DNA of 64,000 bases from Elusimicrobiota bacterium. Lineage in GTDB: Bacteria > Elusimicrobiota > Elusimicrobia > UBA1565. A program made the position numbers and the translations under genes. The notes beneath the pieces were generated by a model that saw nothing but the letters and a program-made list of their open reading frames with translations, did not search any database and was not told where the DNA came from. The DNA is taken from the NCBI GenBank assembly GCA_043827405.1, contig JBDRPD010000062.1:73933-137932 (forward strand), in the 5' to 3' direction. Shown here piece by piece: positions 37,185-46,260 of this stretch. The stretch's first letter is position 1; each line of letters starts with the position of its first letter.

Positions 37185-38482
37185 ATCGGCTGCCCTATGG
37201 CCTTGCGATATTCCGCGCGGCTGATGTTCGTATCGTTGTAGGCGAGCATGCGCTCTCGCTGCGCGCGTACGTGGTCCAGCAGCGCCTGTGAAAGACGGAT
37301 GACGTCGGCGCTGCCCTGGCTGTACTGCTCCGCCACGATCTCGTAGTTCTGCCGGGAGATCTCTTCCTTGCGTACGGATATCTGATAGGAGCGGGTTGCG
37401 CGCAGCAAGTTGACATGCGCCCGGTAGACCTCCTCGCGCACGGCGCGGCGCTGTGCTTCGCTGTCGTGGAGGGTGGCGCGCCGGACGGCGCGGGCGGCGG
37501 CGAGGTCCTGGACCTGGGAGTAAAAGTTGAAGGACGAAGGGAGCGCCAGTTTGAGGGTGAAGCCGTAGGCGGCGGTGCCGATGCCGAAATCCTGCGTCGT
37601 CCGCTGGTAGTCGGCGGAAACCGGATGCGAGAGGTCGAAGTCCAGTGCGAGCCCGGGAAGAACATTGCGCACGGCCTGCTTGAATGCCGCGTCGGCGTGC
37701 CGGCGCCGCAGCCGGTCTTTCCGCATCTCCGGGCGGTCGCGCGGCGCGGCGCGCAGGCCGTCTTCCAGACGCGGCGCCTCGGTAGTGCCCAAGGTCAGGT
37801 CGACGTCGAACTCTACCGGGGTGTCCTCGGGCTGGGCGAGAAGGATGTTGAACTTGAAAAGAGCCAGCCGTCTTTCCGCCTCGGCCGTTTCTACCTCCAG
37901 CTCGCTCGAGCGCCAGTCGGTCTCGGTCTTCAGCAGATCGGACAGGCTTTTCATCCCGTGCCGGTAGCGGTCCTGAGTAAGCTCGTATTGCTCGCTCTGC
38001 GCCTTGCGGTTGGCCTGCGCGACAGCGAGGAGTTTATCGCGCAGGAGCAGCGCGTAGTAGGCGCGCACCGCCTCGAGCGCGCTCGCTTGCCGCGTGATTT
38101 CCAGGTCCTCGCGGGCGACTTCGCGGCTAAGGCGCGAAGTGCGAACGCTCAGCGAGTCCGCGAAACTGTTGAAGAGGTTCCATGAAGCTCCCGGCGTCAG
38201 ACGGATATCGTTGGCTGCGCCGCGCCAGGCGCCGAACGTGAAGCGGTTGTCGCGGGCGAGCTTGGCGGGCGTCAGGGTTCCGGTGAAGGAAAGGGCGGGA
38301 AAAAAGGCGGCGGCGAACTCTGATTTCCAGCGCGCCGAGGCCGTGCGCAGGTCGTCGTGGGCCTTCTTGGATTCGGGCGAGGCGGCGATAACCTCCCGGA
38401 TATAGGCATCGGGGGTGAAGCCGGTTTCCGCCGCTTGCGCGGAGCCCGCGATGAGAATAAGCAGGCAGCCCCGCGCTAGCAC
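37175..38482 (-). CDS. TolC-family outer membrane efflux protein
   Basis: Signal peptide; two repeated helical halves (RYRHG..S.SDLL / QYSQG..DVIRL). Confidence 0.85.
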   Translation of the reverse strand: MLARGCLLILIAGSAQAAETGFTPDAYIREVIAASPESKKAHDDLRTASARWKSEFAAAFFPALSFTGTLTPAKLARDNRFTFGAWRGAANDIRLTPGASWNLFNSFADSLSVRTSRLSREVAREDLEITRQASALEAVRAYYALLLRDKLLAVAQANRKAQSEQYELTQDRYRHGMKSLSDLLKTETDWRSSELEVETAEAERRLALFKFNILLAQPEDTPVEFDVDLTLGTTEAPRLEDGLRAAPRDRPEMRKDRLRRRHADAAFKQAVRNVLPGLALDFDLSHPVSADYQRTTQDFGIGTAAYGFTLKLALPSSFNFYSQVQDLAAARAVRRATLHDSEAQRRAVREEVYRAHVNLLRATRSYQISVRKEEISRQNYEIVAEQYSQGSADVIRLSQALLDHVRAQRERMLAYNDTNISRAEYRKAIGQPIWR

Positions 38483-38489
38483 AAAGGAT

Positions 38490-38795
38490 TTATTCCTGAG
38501 GGACGAGGTTGTTGACTACGGCCTGCACGCCCTGCACGCCGCGCACGATCGGGGTGATCTGGCGCTTCATCGCATAGGTCAGGATCATGCCCGACAGGTA
38601 GACGGTGCGGTTGTGGACGGATATCGACATCAGGTCGGTCTCCAGCTCCGGACGCTGTTTGAGTTCGTTTTTTACCCGCGCGCGAATGGCGGCGTCGCTC
38701 ATGTCGACGCGCTTCATCTGCCGGATGCAGCCGGTGGTGAGGGGCATGGAAAAACCGACGAAAATGGAAAGCAAAACAGCAAAACGAAAGTTCAT
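38490..38795 (-). CDS. BON-domain lipoprotein
   Basis: Lipobox LTTGC; SDAAIRARVK, VYLSG, GVQAVVNNL. Confidence 0.85.
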   Translation of the reverse strand: MNFRFAVLLSIFVGFSMPLTTGCIRQMKRVDMSDAAIRARVKNELKQRPELETDLMSISVHNRTVYLSGMILTYAMKRQITPIVRGVQGVQAVVNNLVPQE

Positions 38796-38894
38796 AGCAT
38801 GCTCCTGATATCCGTCCTGCCAGCTTGTTTGACGGAGTGTTTCATTGTACAATTTTGCCGGAAACGCCAATAGGCCCGCCGTTTCCTTTCCCAC

Positions 38895-39503
38895 ATGAAA
38901 ATCCTTCTGGCTACGGGTAATCCGCACAAGGCACGCGAGGTCGCGCCGCTGCTGTCCGGCATCGACGTCGAGCTGCTGACGCTCGCCGACCTGCCCGAGA
39001 TCCCCGCCGTCGTGGAAGACGGCGCGACACTCGACGCCAATGCCCGCAAGAAGGCGCTCGAGCCGGCCGCCGCTTCCGGGCTATGGACGCTCGCCGACGA
39101 TACCGGACTGGAGGTGGAGGCTCTCGACGGCGCTCCCGGGGTGTACTCCGCGCGCTATGCGGGGGAGGGCTGCGACTTCGCGGCTAATATCGAGAAGCTC
39201 CTGCGCGAGCTGCGGGGCGTGCCGGAGGCGCGGCGCGGCGCCGCCTTCCGTACCGTCGTGGCGTTGGCCTCCCCGTCGGGAGAGGTGCGCTGCGTCGAAG
39301 GCCGGCTGGACGGCCGTATCGCGGAAGCGGCGGCCGGCGGCGGCGGTTTCGGCTATGATCCGCTCTTTTTCGTCCCCGAGCTGGGACGAACGCTGGCCGA
39401 GATCAGCGCCGAAAAGAAGAATGAGATCAGCCATCGCGGCCGCGCGATCCGGGCTATCGTTCCCGCGCTGCGGGACGTGATCGCCGCCGCCTCAACCGCA
39501 TGA
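38895..39503 (+). CDS. rdgB: RdgB/HAM1 non-canonical purine NTP pyrophosphatase
   Basis: ATGNPHK, ADDTGL, PGVYSAR, GFGYDP, KNEISHRG. Confidence 0.95.
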   Translation: MKILLATGNPHKAREVAPLLSGIDVELLTLADLPEIPAVVEDGATLDANARKKALEPAAASGLWTLADDTGLEVEALDGAPGVYSARYAGEGCDFAANIEKLLRELRGVPEARRGAAFRTVVALASPSGEVRCVEGRLDGRIAEAAAGGGGFGYDPLFFVPELGRTLAEISAEKKNEISHRGRAIRAIVPALRDVIAAASTA

Positions 39504-41215
39504 AGATTCCCGCGGCGGGCGCACTTGCGCTTATGCTGGCGGTCGGTGCCGCCGCCTGGGCGGCGAAGACCGACGGGGTCCGGCAGCTCACCTACTGGGA
39601 TCAGATCATGCAGGCGCAGAGCCGCAAGTGGATGTCCCGCGGCTCCGAGCAGATGCGCCAGGGGAAGTATGAGGACGCCGTTGAGCAGTTCGCCAAGGCC
39701 GCGGTGGCCGACCCCGAGGATCCTCAAGCGCACCGCTTGCTCGGCGTTTCCTACTACTGGGCGGGCCGCGTCGATCAAGCGGAGATCGAGATTCGTGAGA
39801 GCCTGCGCCTGGAGCCGAAAAGCAGCCAGGGGCATCTCCTGCTCGGAATCATCCAGGCCTGGAAGGGCGAACTGGAACTCGCCTATTCATCGTTTAAGCG
39901 TGCCTCCCGCATCGAGCCCGAGCGCGCCGACATCCAGATGAATCTCGGTTCCATGGAAGAGACGCTCGGGATGTATCCCGAGGCGCTGGCGCATTTTCGC
40001 AAGGCCGCCGAACTGGACAAGAAGCACCCGCTGTATCACTTCCAGCTCGGCATGATTTACCGGCGGCTCGGGCGTGAAGAGGAGGCGATCGACTCCATGC
40101 GCCAAGCCATACGGCTTTTCCCCGGCTTCGAAGACGCCATGCTGGAGCTGGGTGCGATATACGAGCGCATCGGCCGGAAGACGGAAGCGCTGCGGATGTT
40201 CGAGAAGTCTGTTCGGCTCAAAGAGCGCGACTCGGTCGCCCGCTTCCGGCTGGCCCGGCTGTATCTTGACCAGGGGAAGACGGAGAAGGCGCGGGCGGTG
40301 CTGCGGGAGGTCTTTCACTTGACGCCCGCGGACCAGCTGGGCGGTCTGGCGCTGTCGCTTTCCTTCGGCGGCAAGCCCACTGGGGGCGGGGAGGAGGCGA
40401 AACCCAATCCCGCGGCTCCCGATGAAAGCACTCCCGGCGCCGCCGGCCCGCTTGACGTGCTCAAGCGCAACCTGGAGCGCATCCCGTTGGATCAGGATGC
40501 GGTGCTTAATGCGGATGTAGTGTTTCTGTCGCCGTCGAAGCTGGTGGAGCGTGAACGGCGGGAGGGCCCGTCCTCGCTCAAGAATGCGCTGGAGCGCGCG
40601 GGAAAGGTTCCGTCAGGGACCACGCTCGGCGCCCAGCGCGAATTTCAACTGGCGGCGGGGAGCGCCGAGGCGCGGGCGCGGCAGATCGCGGAGGTCGTCA
40701 ATGACCTGCGGGAAGTGCTGGATACCGCGCCGCCCGGAGCCGAGACGCGCTTCGGGATGAAGCTCAACTTCACCAGCGCGGCGAAAGGCGCTGCCGGCGC
40801 CAAGCAAGGGAAAAAGGCCAAGGTCGCTTATCAGCCCCGGGATGTGGGCAACGATATGGGGCTGTGGGTCAAAGGTACGGGCTGGATGATCTTGGTCGAC
40901 GAGCAGCTGACGCAGCGCGGTGAGACCATGGCGCACGCGGACAGCGCCGACTGGTGGAGCGTCGAAGGTATCGGGCTCGCCATCATGGGACGCGCGGAGC
41001 GGGCCGCGGCCGCGTTCGCGGAGGCTTTGCGGCTTGATGCCGGCAACGAGCTGGCCCATCTGGGTATCGGCGTCACCCGCGTCATTTCCGGCGACGAAGA
41101 GGGGGCGGTCGCCGCTTACCGCCGCGCGTTGGAAATCAATCCCAAAAATCGCGCCGCCGCCGACGGATTGAAATGGCTGCTGCGCAAGCCCGCCGGGGAG
41201 GAAGAGAAGCCATGA
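39500..41215 (+). CDS. Exported tetratricopeptide-repeat protein
   Basis: Signal peptide; about 7 N-terminal TPRs, a non-TPR middle domain, 2 C-terminal TPRs. Confidence 0.85.
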   Translation: MKIPAAGALALMLAVGAAAWAAKTDGVRQLTYWDQIMQAQSRKWMSRGSEQMRQGKYEDAVEQFAKAAVADPEDPQAHRLLGVSYYWAGRVDQAEIEIRESLRLEPKSSQGHLLLGIIQAWKGELELAYSSFKRASRIEPERADIQMNLGSMEETLGMYPEALAHFRKAAELDKKHPLYHFQLGMIYRRLGREEEAIDSMRQAIRLFPGFEDAMLELGAIYERIGRKTEALRMFEKSVRLKERDSVARFRLARLYLDQGKTEKARAVLREVFHLTPADQLGGLALSLSFGGKPTGGGEEAKPNPAAPDESTPGAAGPLDVLKRNLERIPLDQDAVLNADVVFLSPSKLVERERREGPSSLKNALERAGKVPSGTTLGAQREFQLAAGSAEARARQIAEVVNDLREVLDTAPPGAETRFGMKLNFTSAAKGAAGAKQGKKAKVAYQPRDVGNDMGLWVKGTGWMILVDEQLTQRGETMAHADSADWWSVEGIGLAIMGRAERAAAAFAEALRLDAGNELAHLGIGVTRVISGDEEGAVAAYRRALEINPKNRAAADGLKWLLRKPAGEEEKP

Positions 41216-42615
41216 AGGATTCGCGCATCATGGGCCGCGTCCGCCGCATCCATTTCGTCGGCATCGGCGGTATCGGGATGAGCGGGATCGCGCAGGTGCT
41301 TTTGAACCTCGGCTATCAGGTCGCCGGCTCGGATCTCAAGCCGACCGAGCTGACCCGGCGCCTGGCGGCGGGCGGCGCCCGAATATTTACCGGCCACCGG
41401 GCCGGCAACATCCGCGGCGCCGAGGTCGTGGTGGTCAGCTCCGCGGTCGCCCGGTCCAACCCGGAGGTCCGCGCCGCGCGGGCCGGAGGAATCCCCGTGA
41501 TACCGCGCGCCGAGATGCTGGCCGAGCTCGCGCGCCTCAAGAAGACCGTGACGGTATCGGGCACGCACGGCAAGACGACGACGACGGCGATGACCGCCGT
41601 GGCGCTGGCGGCCGCCGGGGCCGATCCGACCATGATCGTCGGCGGCCAGCTGGCGAACATCGGCTCCAATGCCCGCTTGGGCATGGGCGAGCTCCTCGTC
41701 GCCGAGGCCGACGAGTCGGACGGCTCATTCCTGCGCCTGCGGCCGCTGGTTACGGTGGTGACGAATATCGATTCCGATCACCTCGACCATTACGGCAGCT
41801 TCGGCGCGCTGAAGAAGGCGTTTTTGACGCATATCCATTCCGTGCCCTTTGACGGCGTCGCCGTGCTGTGCCTGGACGATCCTGTCGTGCGCGCGCTGCT
41901 GGCGCAGGTCGACCGGCCGGTCGTGACCTACGGCTTGCGCCAGGGGGCGGACTGGCGCGGCCGGATACTGCCGGACAAGCGGAGCCGGAATTGGGGGATG
42001 CGCGTCGCGCTCTATCGCAAGGGACGCAAGGCCGGCACGCTGACGCTTAAAGTTCCCGGCCGCCACAACGCGCAGAATGCCTTGGCCGCGGTCGCGGTCT
42101 GCTCGTGGCTGGGGATGGATCTTAAAAAGACGCTGCGCGGCCTGGCGTCGTACGACGGCGTCGGCCGCCGGCTCGACCGCCTGGGTGAGGCGGCCGGCGT
42201 GACCTTTATCGACGATTACGGGCATCATCCGACCGAGCTCCGGACGGTGCTGGAGACGGTGCGCTCGCGGATGACGCGGCGGCAGCGCCTGGTGGCGATC
42301 TTTCAGCCGCATCGCTACAGCCGGACCAAAGCGCTGCACCGCAGCTTCGGCCCGGCGCTGGCCCTGGCGGATAAAGCCTATGTGATGGAGATCTACGCGG
42401 CGGGAGAAAAGCCCCTGCGCGGGGTGACTTCCAGGCTCATCCTGGAGGCCGCGCGGCGCAGCGGCGCCGACGCGCATGCGTACACCCGCGTCGTGGATCT
42501 CGTTCGCGAGCTCAAGCCGGGCGATGTCGTGGTAACGCTGGGAGCCGGCGATGTCTGGAAGACCGGCCTTGATCTTCTACGGCGGCTTGATCGCCGCACT
42601 CTGGCTTCGATCTGA
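41212..42615 (+). CDS. murC: UDP-N-acetylmuramate--L-alanine ligase
   Basis: HFVGIGGIGMSG, GTHGKTTT, EADESDGSF, DDYGHHPTE, FQPHRYSRT. Confidence 0.97.
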   Translation: MKDSRIMGRVRRIHFVGIGGIGMSGIAQVLLNLGYQVAGSDLKPTELTRRLAAGGARIFTGHRAGNIRGAEVVVVSSAVARSNPEVRAARAGGIPVIPRAEMLAELARLKKTVTVSGTHGKTTTTAMTAVALAAAGADPTMIVGGQLANIGSNARLGMGELLVAEADESDGSFLRLRPLVTVVTNIDSDHLDHYGSFGALKKAFLTHIHSVPFDGVAVLCLDDPVVRALLAQVDRPVVTYGLRQGADWRGRILPDKRSRNWGMRVALYRKGRKAGTLTLKVPGRHNAQNALAAVAVCSWLGMDLKKTLRGLASYDGVGRRLDRLGEAAGVTFIDDYGHHPTELRTVLETVRSRMTRRQRLVAIFQPHRYSRTKALHRSFGPALALADKAYVMEIYAAGEKPLRGVTSRLILEAARRSGADAHAYTRVVDLVRELKPGDVVVTLGAGDVWKTGLDLLRRLDRRTLASI

Positions 42616-43397
42616 TGCCCGCGAAGCTCGACCAGCACTTCCTCATCGACGGCGCGGCGGCCGACAAAATCGTGGCGGCCGCCGAGCTGCGCGGCGGCGA
42701 GCGGGTGGTTGAGATCGGACCGGGCCGGGGCGTTTTGACGGAGCGGCTGCTCGGCGTCGGCGCCCGGGTCACCGCCGTGGAGTTCGACCCGGAGCTGGCC
42801 GACCGGCTGCGCCGCAAGTATATCGATGGGAACCTCGACGTTATCCATAGTGACTGGCTCAGGCTTGATCTGTCGTCTCTGCCGGCGCCGGCGAAAATCG
42901 TTTCCAATCTGCCGTATTCGGTGGCGACGCCGATCCTGCAGCGGCTGCTGGACTGGCCGGCCTGGACGATCGCGGTGCTGATGTTTCAGAAGGAGGTCGC
43001 CGATCGCATCCTCGCGCCGGAGGGAACCAAGCCGTACGGGATACTGAGCCTCTCGGTGCGCATCAAGGCCGATGCCGAGCGCCTCTGCGACGTCGGGCGG
43101 GAGAGCTTCCGCCCGCCGCCCAAGGTCGAGTCGTCGGTTGTCGTGCTGCGGCGCCTGAGCCGCACGCGTCTCCCCAATGAAGTGGCGGAGCGGGATTTTT
43201 TTCGCGTCGTCAAGGCGGCGTTCGGCCAGCGGCGAAAGATGGCGGCGAAAAACCTCGCCGCCGAGTTCGGCGCCGAGCGCGCGGCGGTGGAGAAGCATTT
43301 TCGCGCCTGCTCCCTGCGCAAGGACGCGCGGGCCGAGACCGTGCCCCTGAAGGCGTTTATCGAGCTCACCCAGCGGCTCTGCGAGAGCGGGGCGTAA
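42615..43397 (+). CDS. rsmA: 16S rRNA adenine dimethyltransferase (KsgA)
   Basis: QHFLID, EIGPGRG, SNLPY, MFQKEV, FRPPPKVES, QRRK. Confidence 0.95.
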   Translation: MPAKLDQHFLIDGAAADKIVAAAELRGGERVVEIGPGRGVLTERLLGVGARVTAVEFDPELADRLRRKYIDGNLDVIHSDWLRLDLSSLPAPAKIVSNLPYSVATPILQRLLDWPAWTIAVLMFQKEVADRILAPEGTKPYGILSLSVRIKADAERLCDVGRESFRPPPKVESSVVVLRRLSRTRLPNEVAERDFFRVVKAAFGQRRKMAAKNLAAEFGAERAAVEKHFRACSLRKDARAETVPLKAFIELTQRLCESGA

Positions 43398-43460
43398 AGA
43401 ACCGCGCTCCGGCCGCGGGGTAGGACGCGGCCGAAGCGCGGAGTACGGCTGAGATATCCC

Positions 43461-43574
43461 TCAGGGAGCGGGGGTCAGCGCGGTAATGGGCGCCAGGAAC
43501 GTCGCCAGCAGAAAGAGTGCGGCGCAGGCCTTCACCAGTACCGTCCATTCACGCCGAGTCCAGTTGCGGGTCAT
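43461..43574 (-). CDS. 37-aa single-TM small protein (absent from the ORF track)
   Basis: GGAGG-tctg-ATG; MTRNWTRREWTVLVKACAALFLLATFLAPITALTPAP*. Confidence 0.6.
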   Translation of the reverse strand: MTRNWTRREWTVLVKACAALFLLATFLAPITALTPAP

Positions 43575-43673
43575 CAGACCTCCACGGTTTTACCATCCCC
43601 GGACGGGGACGCTCGGCGGGTCACCAACAGCCTTGATTGTAACAGGAAAACCTTTATTTTTCCAGTGCGTCGA

Positions 43674-43928
43674 CTAACTTTCTCCCTTTACCCATTCCCT
43701 CATCAGTCGATTGACCTGCGTCTGGTAGGGCACTCCCAGTAATTCCGCTTTGCTGCGAAAAGACGAAAGCACGTTTTCTGGTATGCGAATACTGATAGGA
43801 CGGCTTTTGGCGGGGACATTTCTTACGTGCAATATGCGCACGTCATCCAGCCATTTAACAATTTGCTCCGGTGTGAGCTTGCGGCATTGCGTTAGATATT
43901 CCGGCGTGAATTTTTGGATAGCCTTCAT
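43674..43928 (-). CDS. BrnA/CopG-like antitoxin (C-terminal ribbon-helix-helix)
   Basis: RPISIRIPENVL..F..KA...GVPYQTQVNRLM. Confidence 0.8.
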   Translation of the reverse strand: MKAIQKFTPEYLTQCRKLTPEQIVKWLDDVRILHVRNVPAKSRPISIRIPENVLSSFRSKAELLGVPYQTQVNRLMREWVKGES

Positions 43929-44389
43929 GAATTTGCCTGCAAAGCCTTCACGTCTTCTATGTCCTGCTCCCTTCCGGCGGCCTTTTTCATCGCAATCAGG
44001 TCTTTCTTCGCTATAACTCGAAGCATATACTTGCCGGATTGAATCTTCTTCGATTTCATCTTCTTTAAGTCGTGCGTAATGATAATGTCAATTACTTCAG
44101 AGGAATCAGATGGGTTCTGGAAAGTCCATGCCTTAAGGTTCTTGTTGTCGATATATTCCTGGCGGAAATTGAACATTTGCTCAGCATTAATGGGCTGCCG
44201 GGACTTTAATCCGATGCTCGCAAGGGCTTCTTCGACGCCTAGGATGTTTTTTTTGTCGAGTTTTATGACAATATCGATATCGTATGTGGCCCGTAGGGCG
44301 CCGTGGAATGCGAGCGCATGTCCGCCCGCGATCGCATATGCGATTCCCCGCGATTCCAGCGCTTCAGCCATCCGGTAAATTAAAGCCAC
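43925..44389 (-). CDS. Small Pol-beta-fold nucleotidyltransferase (AbiEii/DUF6036-like)
   Basis: IAGGHALAFHG..RATYDID, KKAAGREQDIED; ATGA-coupled to the antitoxin; start GTG 44389 or ATG 44371. Confidence 0.82.
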   Translation of the reverse strand: MALIYRMAEALESRGIAYAIAGGHALAFHGALRATYDIDIVIKLDKKNILGVEEALASIGLKSRQPINAEQMFNFRQEYIDNKNLKAWTFQNPSDSSEVIDIIITHDLKKMKSKKIQSGKYMLRVIAKKDLIAMKKAAGREQDIEDVKALQANS

Positions 44390-44411
44390 TGTATATACAA
44401 GTATATACAGT
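44388..44411. promoter_or_regulatory. Perfect inverted-repeat operator overlapping a minus-strand promoter
   Basis: ACTGTATATAC-aa-GTATATACAGT; the minus strand reads TTGCAT-N16-TATACT across it. Confidence 0.75.
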
Positions 44412-44467
44412 TTGCCGAATTATGCAAGACCCAGACAATACGGCTCCCCGCGGTCCGCAAGGGGGGG

Positions 44468-45478
44468 TTAGCCGCGGCAGCGCAGGGCGCTCAGCGCGTC
44501 ACGGAAGGCGGCCAGGGCCGTTTCCACCGGGATGTCCCGGCAGGATTCCCAATCTTCGGCTACGGCGCAGAAATGCGGCGCGGCGCCCGACGGGCGGGGC
44601 ATCCACACGGTCTGCGTGTAGCGGCTCAGCAGCGAGAATGTCGGCGCTCCCGCGGCGATCGCGAGATGGGTCGTGCCGGTGCAGTTGCCGGCGAAGATAT
44701 GCAGTTCCCTGAGCAGGGCGGCGGCGGCGCCCAGCGGCAGCGCTTCGAGCACGGGAAGGGGGCGGTTCAGGCGCGCGGCGACGTCTTGTACGGCTGCCGT
44801 CTCGCCGGGTCCCGCCATGAAAAACGGAAACAGACCGTCCATTTCCTGCAGCCGCCCGGCGAAAGCCGCGAACTTCTCCCGCGGCCAGCGGTTTTCCCGC
44901 TTTTTGAAGTTTCCCGGAAAGATGCCGACGAGACGAGCCGCGGCGGGGGCGCCGATAGCCCGGAGAGCGGCGGCCGCCGCGCGCCGGTCCGCCTCCGTGA
45001 GCCTGATGCGCGGCGTGGGGGCATAGGGCGCGTCGATCGCTTGCGCCAGCCGGCCGTAGCGGTCCAGCATATGCTCTTTTTCGCCGGGGGCCTCCAATAG
45101 ATGGGAGAAGGCTCCGTTGCCGTGCTTCTTGCGGAAAGCGATTTTGACGCGGGCGGAGGCCAGGCGGGCCAGCATCCAGGCCGAGCGCGAGAACGACGGA
45201 TTCAAGTCGATGAGGAGGTCGGCCCGGCGGGCCGCCAGCCCTGCCGTCAGCGCCAGATTGGCCAGCGGGCGGTGGAAGCGTCCCAGTACGCGCACCTCGT
45301 CGACGTCGGGGATCAGGCGCGCGGCCGCGATGCCTTGTTCGCCGGTGATGAGGGTGATTCGCGCCGCGGGGAATTTGCCGCGCACGGCCGCGACGGCCGG
45401 GGTTGAAATCAGCAGGTCGCCGATCCGGCCGATCCAGAGCAGGACCACATCTTGAATATCGTCGGATAGTGCAAGCAT
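44468..45478 (-). CDS. Glycosyltransferase family 9 (ADP-heptose:LPS heptosyltransferase-like)
   Basis: RIGDLLISTP, KFPAARIT, NRWPREKF, GNCTGTTHLAIA. Confidence 0.88.
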   Translation of the reverse strand: MLALSDDIQDVVLLWIGRIGDLLISTPAVAAVRGKFPAARITLITGEQGIAAARLIPDVDEVRVLGRFHRPLANLALTAGLAARRADLLIDLNPSFSRSAWMLARLASARVKIAFRKKHGNGAFSHLLEAPGEKEHMLDRYGRLAQAIDAPYAPTPRIRLTEADRRAAAAALRAIGAPAAARLVGIFPGNFKKRENRWPREKFAAFAGRLQEMDGLFPFFMAGPGETAAVQDVAARLNRPLPVLEALPLGAAAALLRELHIFAGNCTGTTHLAIAAGAPTFSLLSRYTQTVWMPRPSGAAPHFCAVAEDWESCRDIPVETALAAFRDALSALRCRG

Positions 45479-45564
45479 GGGCGGAATATCTTATCATAAG
45501 GGGTCGTTTTGCCACTTTGAGGAAAAAGGATGATTCCGCCGAACGATTTCCGGAAGGGGCTCTT

Positions 45565-46260
45565 TTGATCAAGGGCATCATCTTCGACATCGATAATACG
45601 CTGACCGACTTCATGCGCACTAAGCGCGCGGCGGTCGACGCCGCGGTCGAGCGGATGATCGACGCCGGTCTGCGCGTCGAGCAGCAGCAGATGGTCGATA
45701 AGATCTTCGACCTGTACTGGAAGGAGGGCGTTGAGGATCAGCAGATCTTCGATAAGGTTCTTATGAAGGAGTTCGGGGAGATCGACTACAAGATCCTCGC
45801 CGCCGGCGTCGTGGGCTATCGCCGGGCCAAGGCCGGCGCCCAGGTCCTATACCCGAACGTCAGCCGGACCTTGATCGAGCTCACCCGGCGCGGCCTGGAC
45901 ATGACGGTGATCTCCGACGCGCCCAAGCTCGAGGTCTGGCTGCGTATCGCGGGGCTGGGGCTGCACCATTTTTTCGCCCATATCATCACTTCCGAGGACT
46001 TCGGCGTGCATAAGCCCGACCCTAAGCCGTTTCTACAGGCGCTGGAAGCGCTGGGCACCAGGCCGGCAGAGACCTTGATGGTCGGCGACTGGGCCGAACG
46101 CGATATCGCCGGAGCCAAGAAGCTCGGCATCCGCACCGCCTGGGCCAAGTACGGCGATACGCATGACACGCAGGTTTCCGGCGCCGACTTCGAATTGGAC
46201 GATATCTCGGATATACTTGCCGTCGTGGAGAACAGCATGCAGGAGAAAGACGGTGTTTAA
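45565..46260 (+). CDS. HAD-superfamily hydrolase (subfamily IA)
   Basis: IIFDIDNTL, KPDP, MVGD...DIAGA; TTG start after GGAAGG. Confidence 0.9.
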   Translation: MIKGIIFDIDNTLTDFMRTKRAAVDAAVERMIDAGLRVEQQQMVDKIFDLYWKEGVEDQQIFDKVLMKEFGEIDYKILAAGVVGYRRAKAGAQVLYPNVSRTLIELTRRGLDMTVISDAPKLEVWLRIAGLGLHHFFAHIITSEDFGVHKPDPKPFLQALEALGTRPAETLMVGDWAERDIAGAKKLGIRTAWAKYGDTHDTQVSGADFELDDISDILAVVENSMQEKDGV

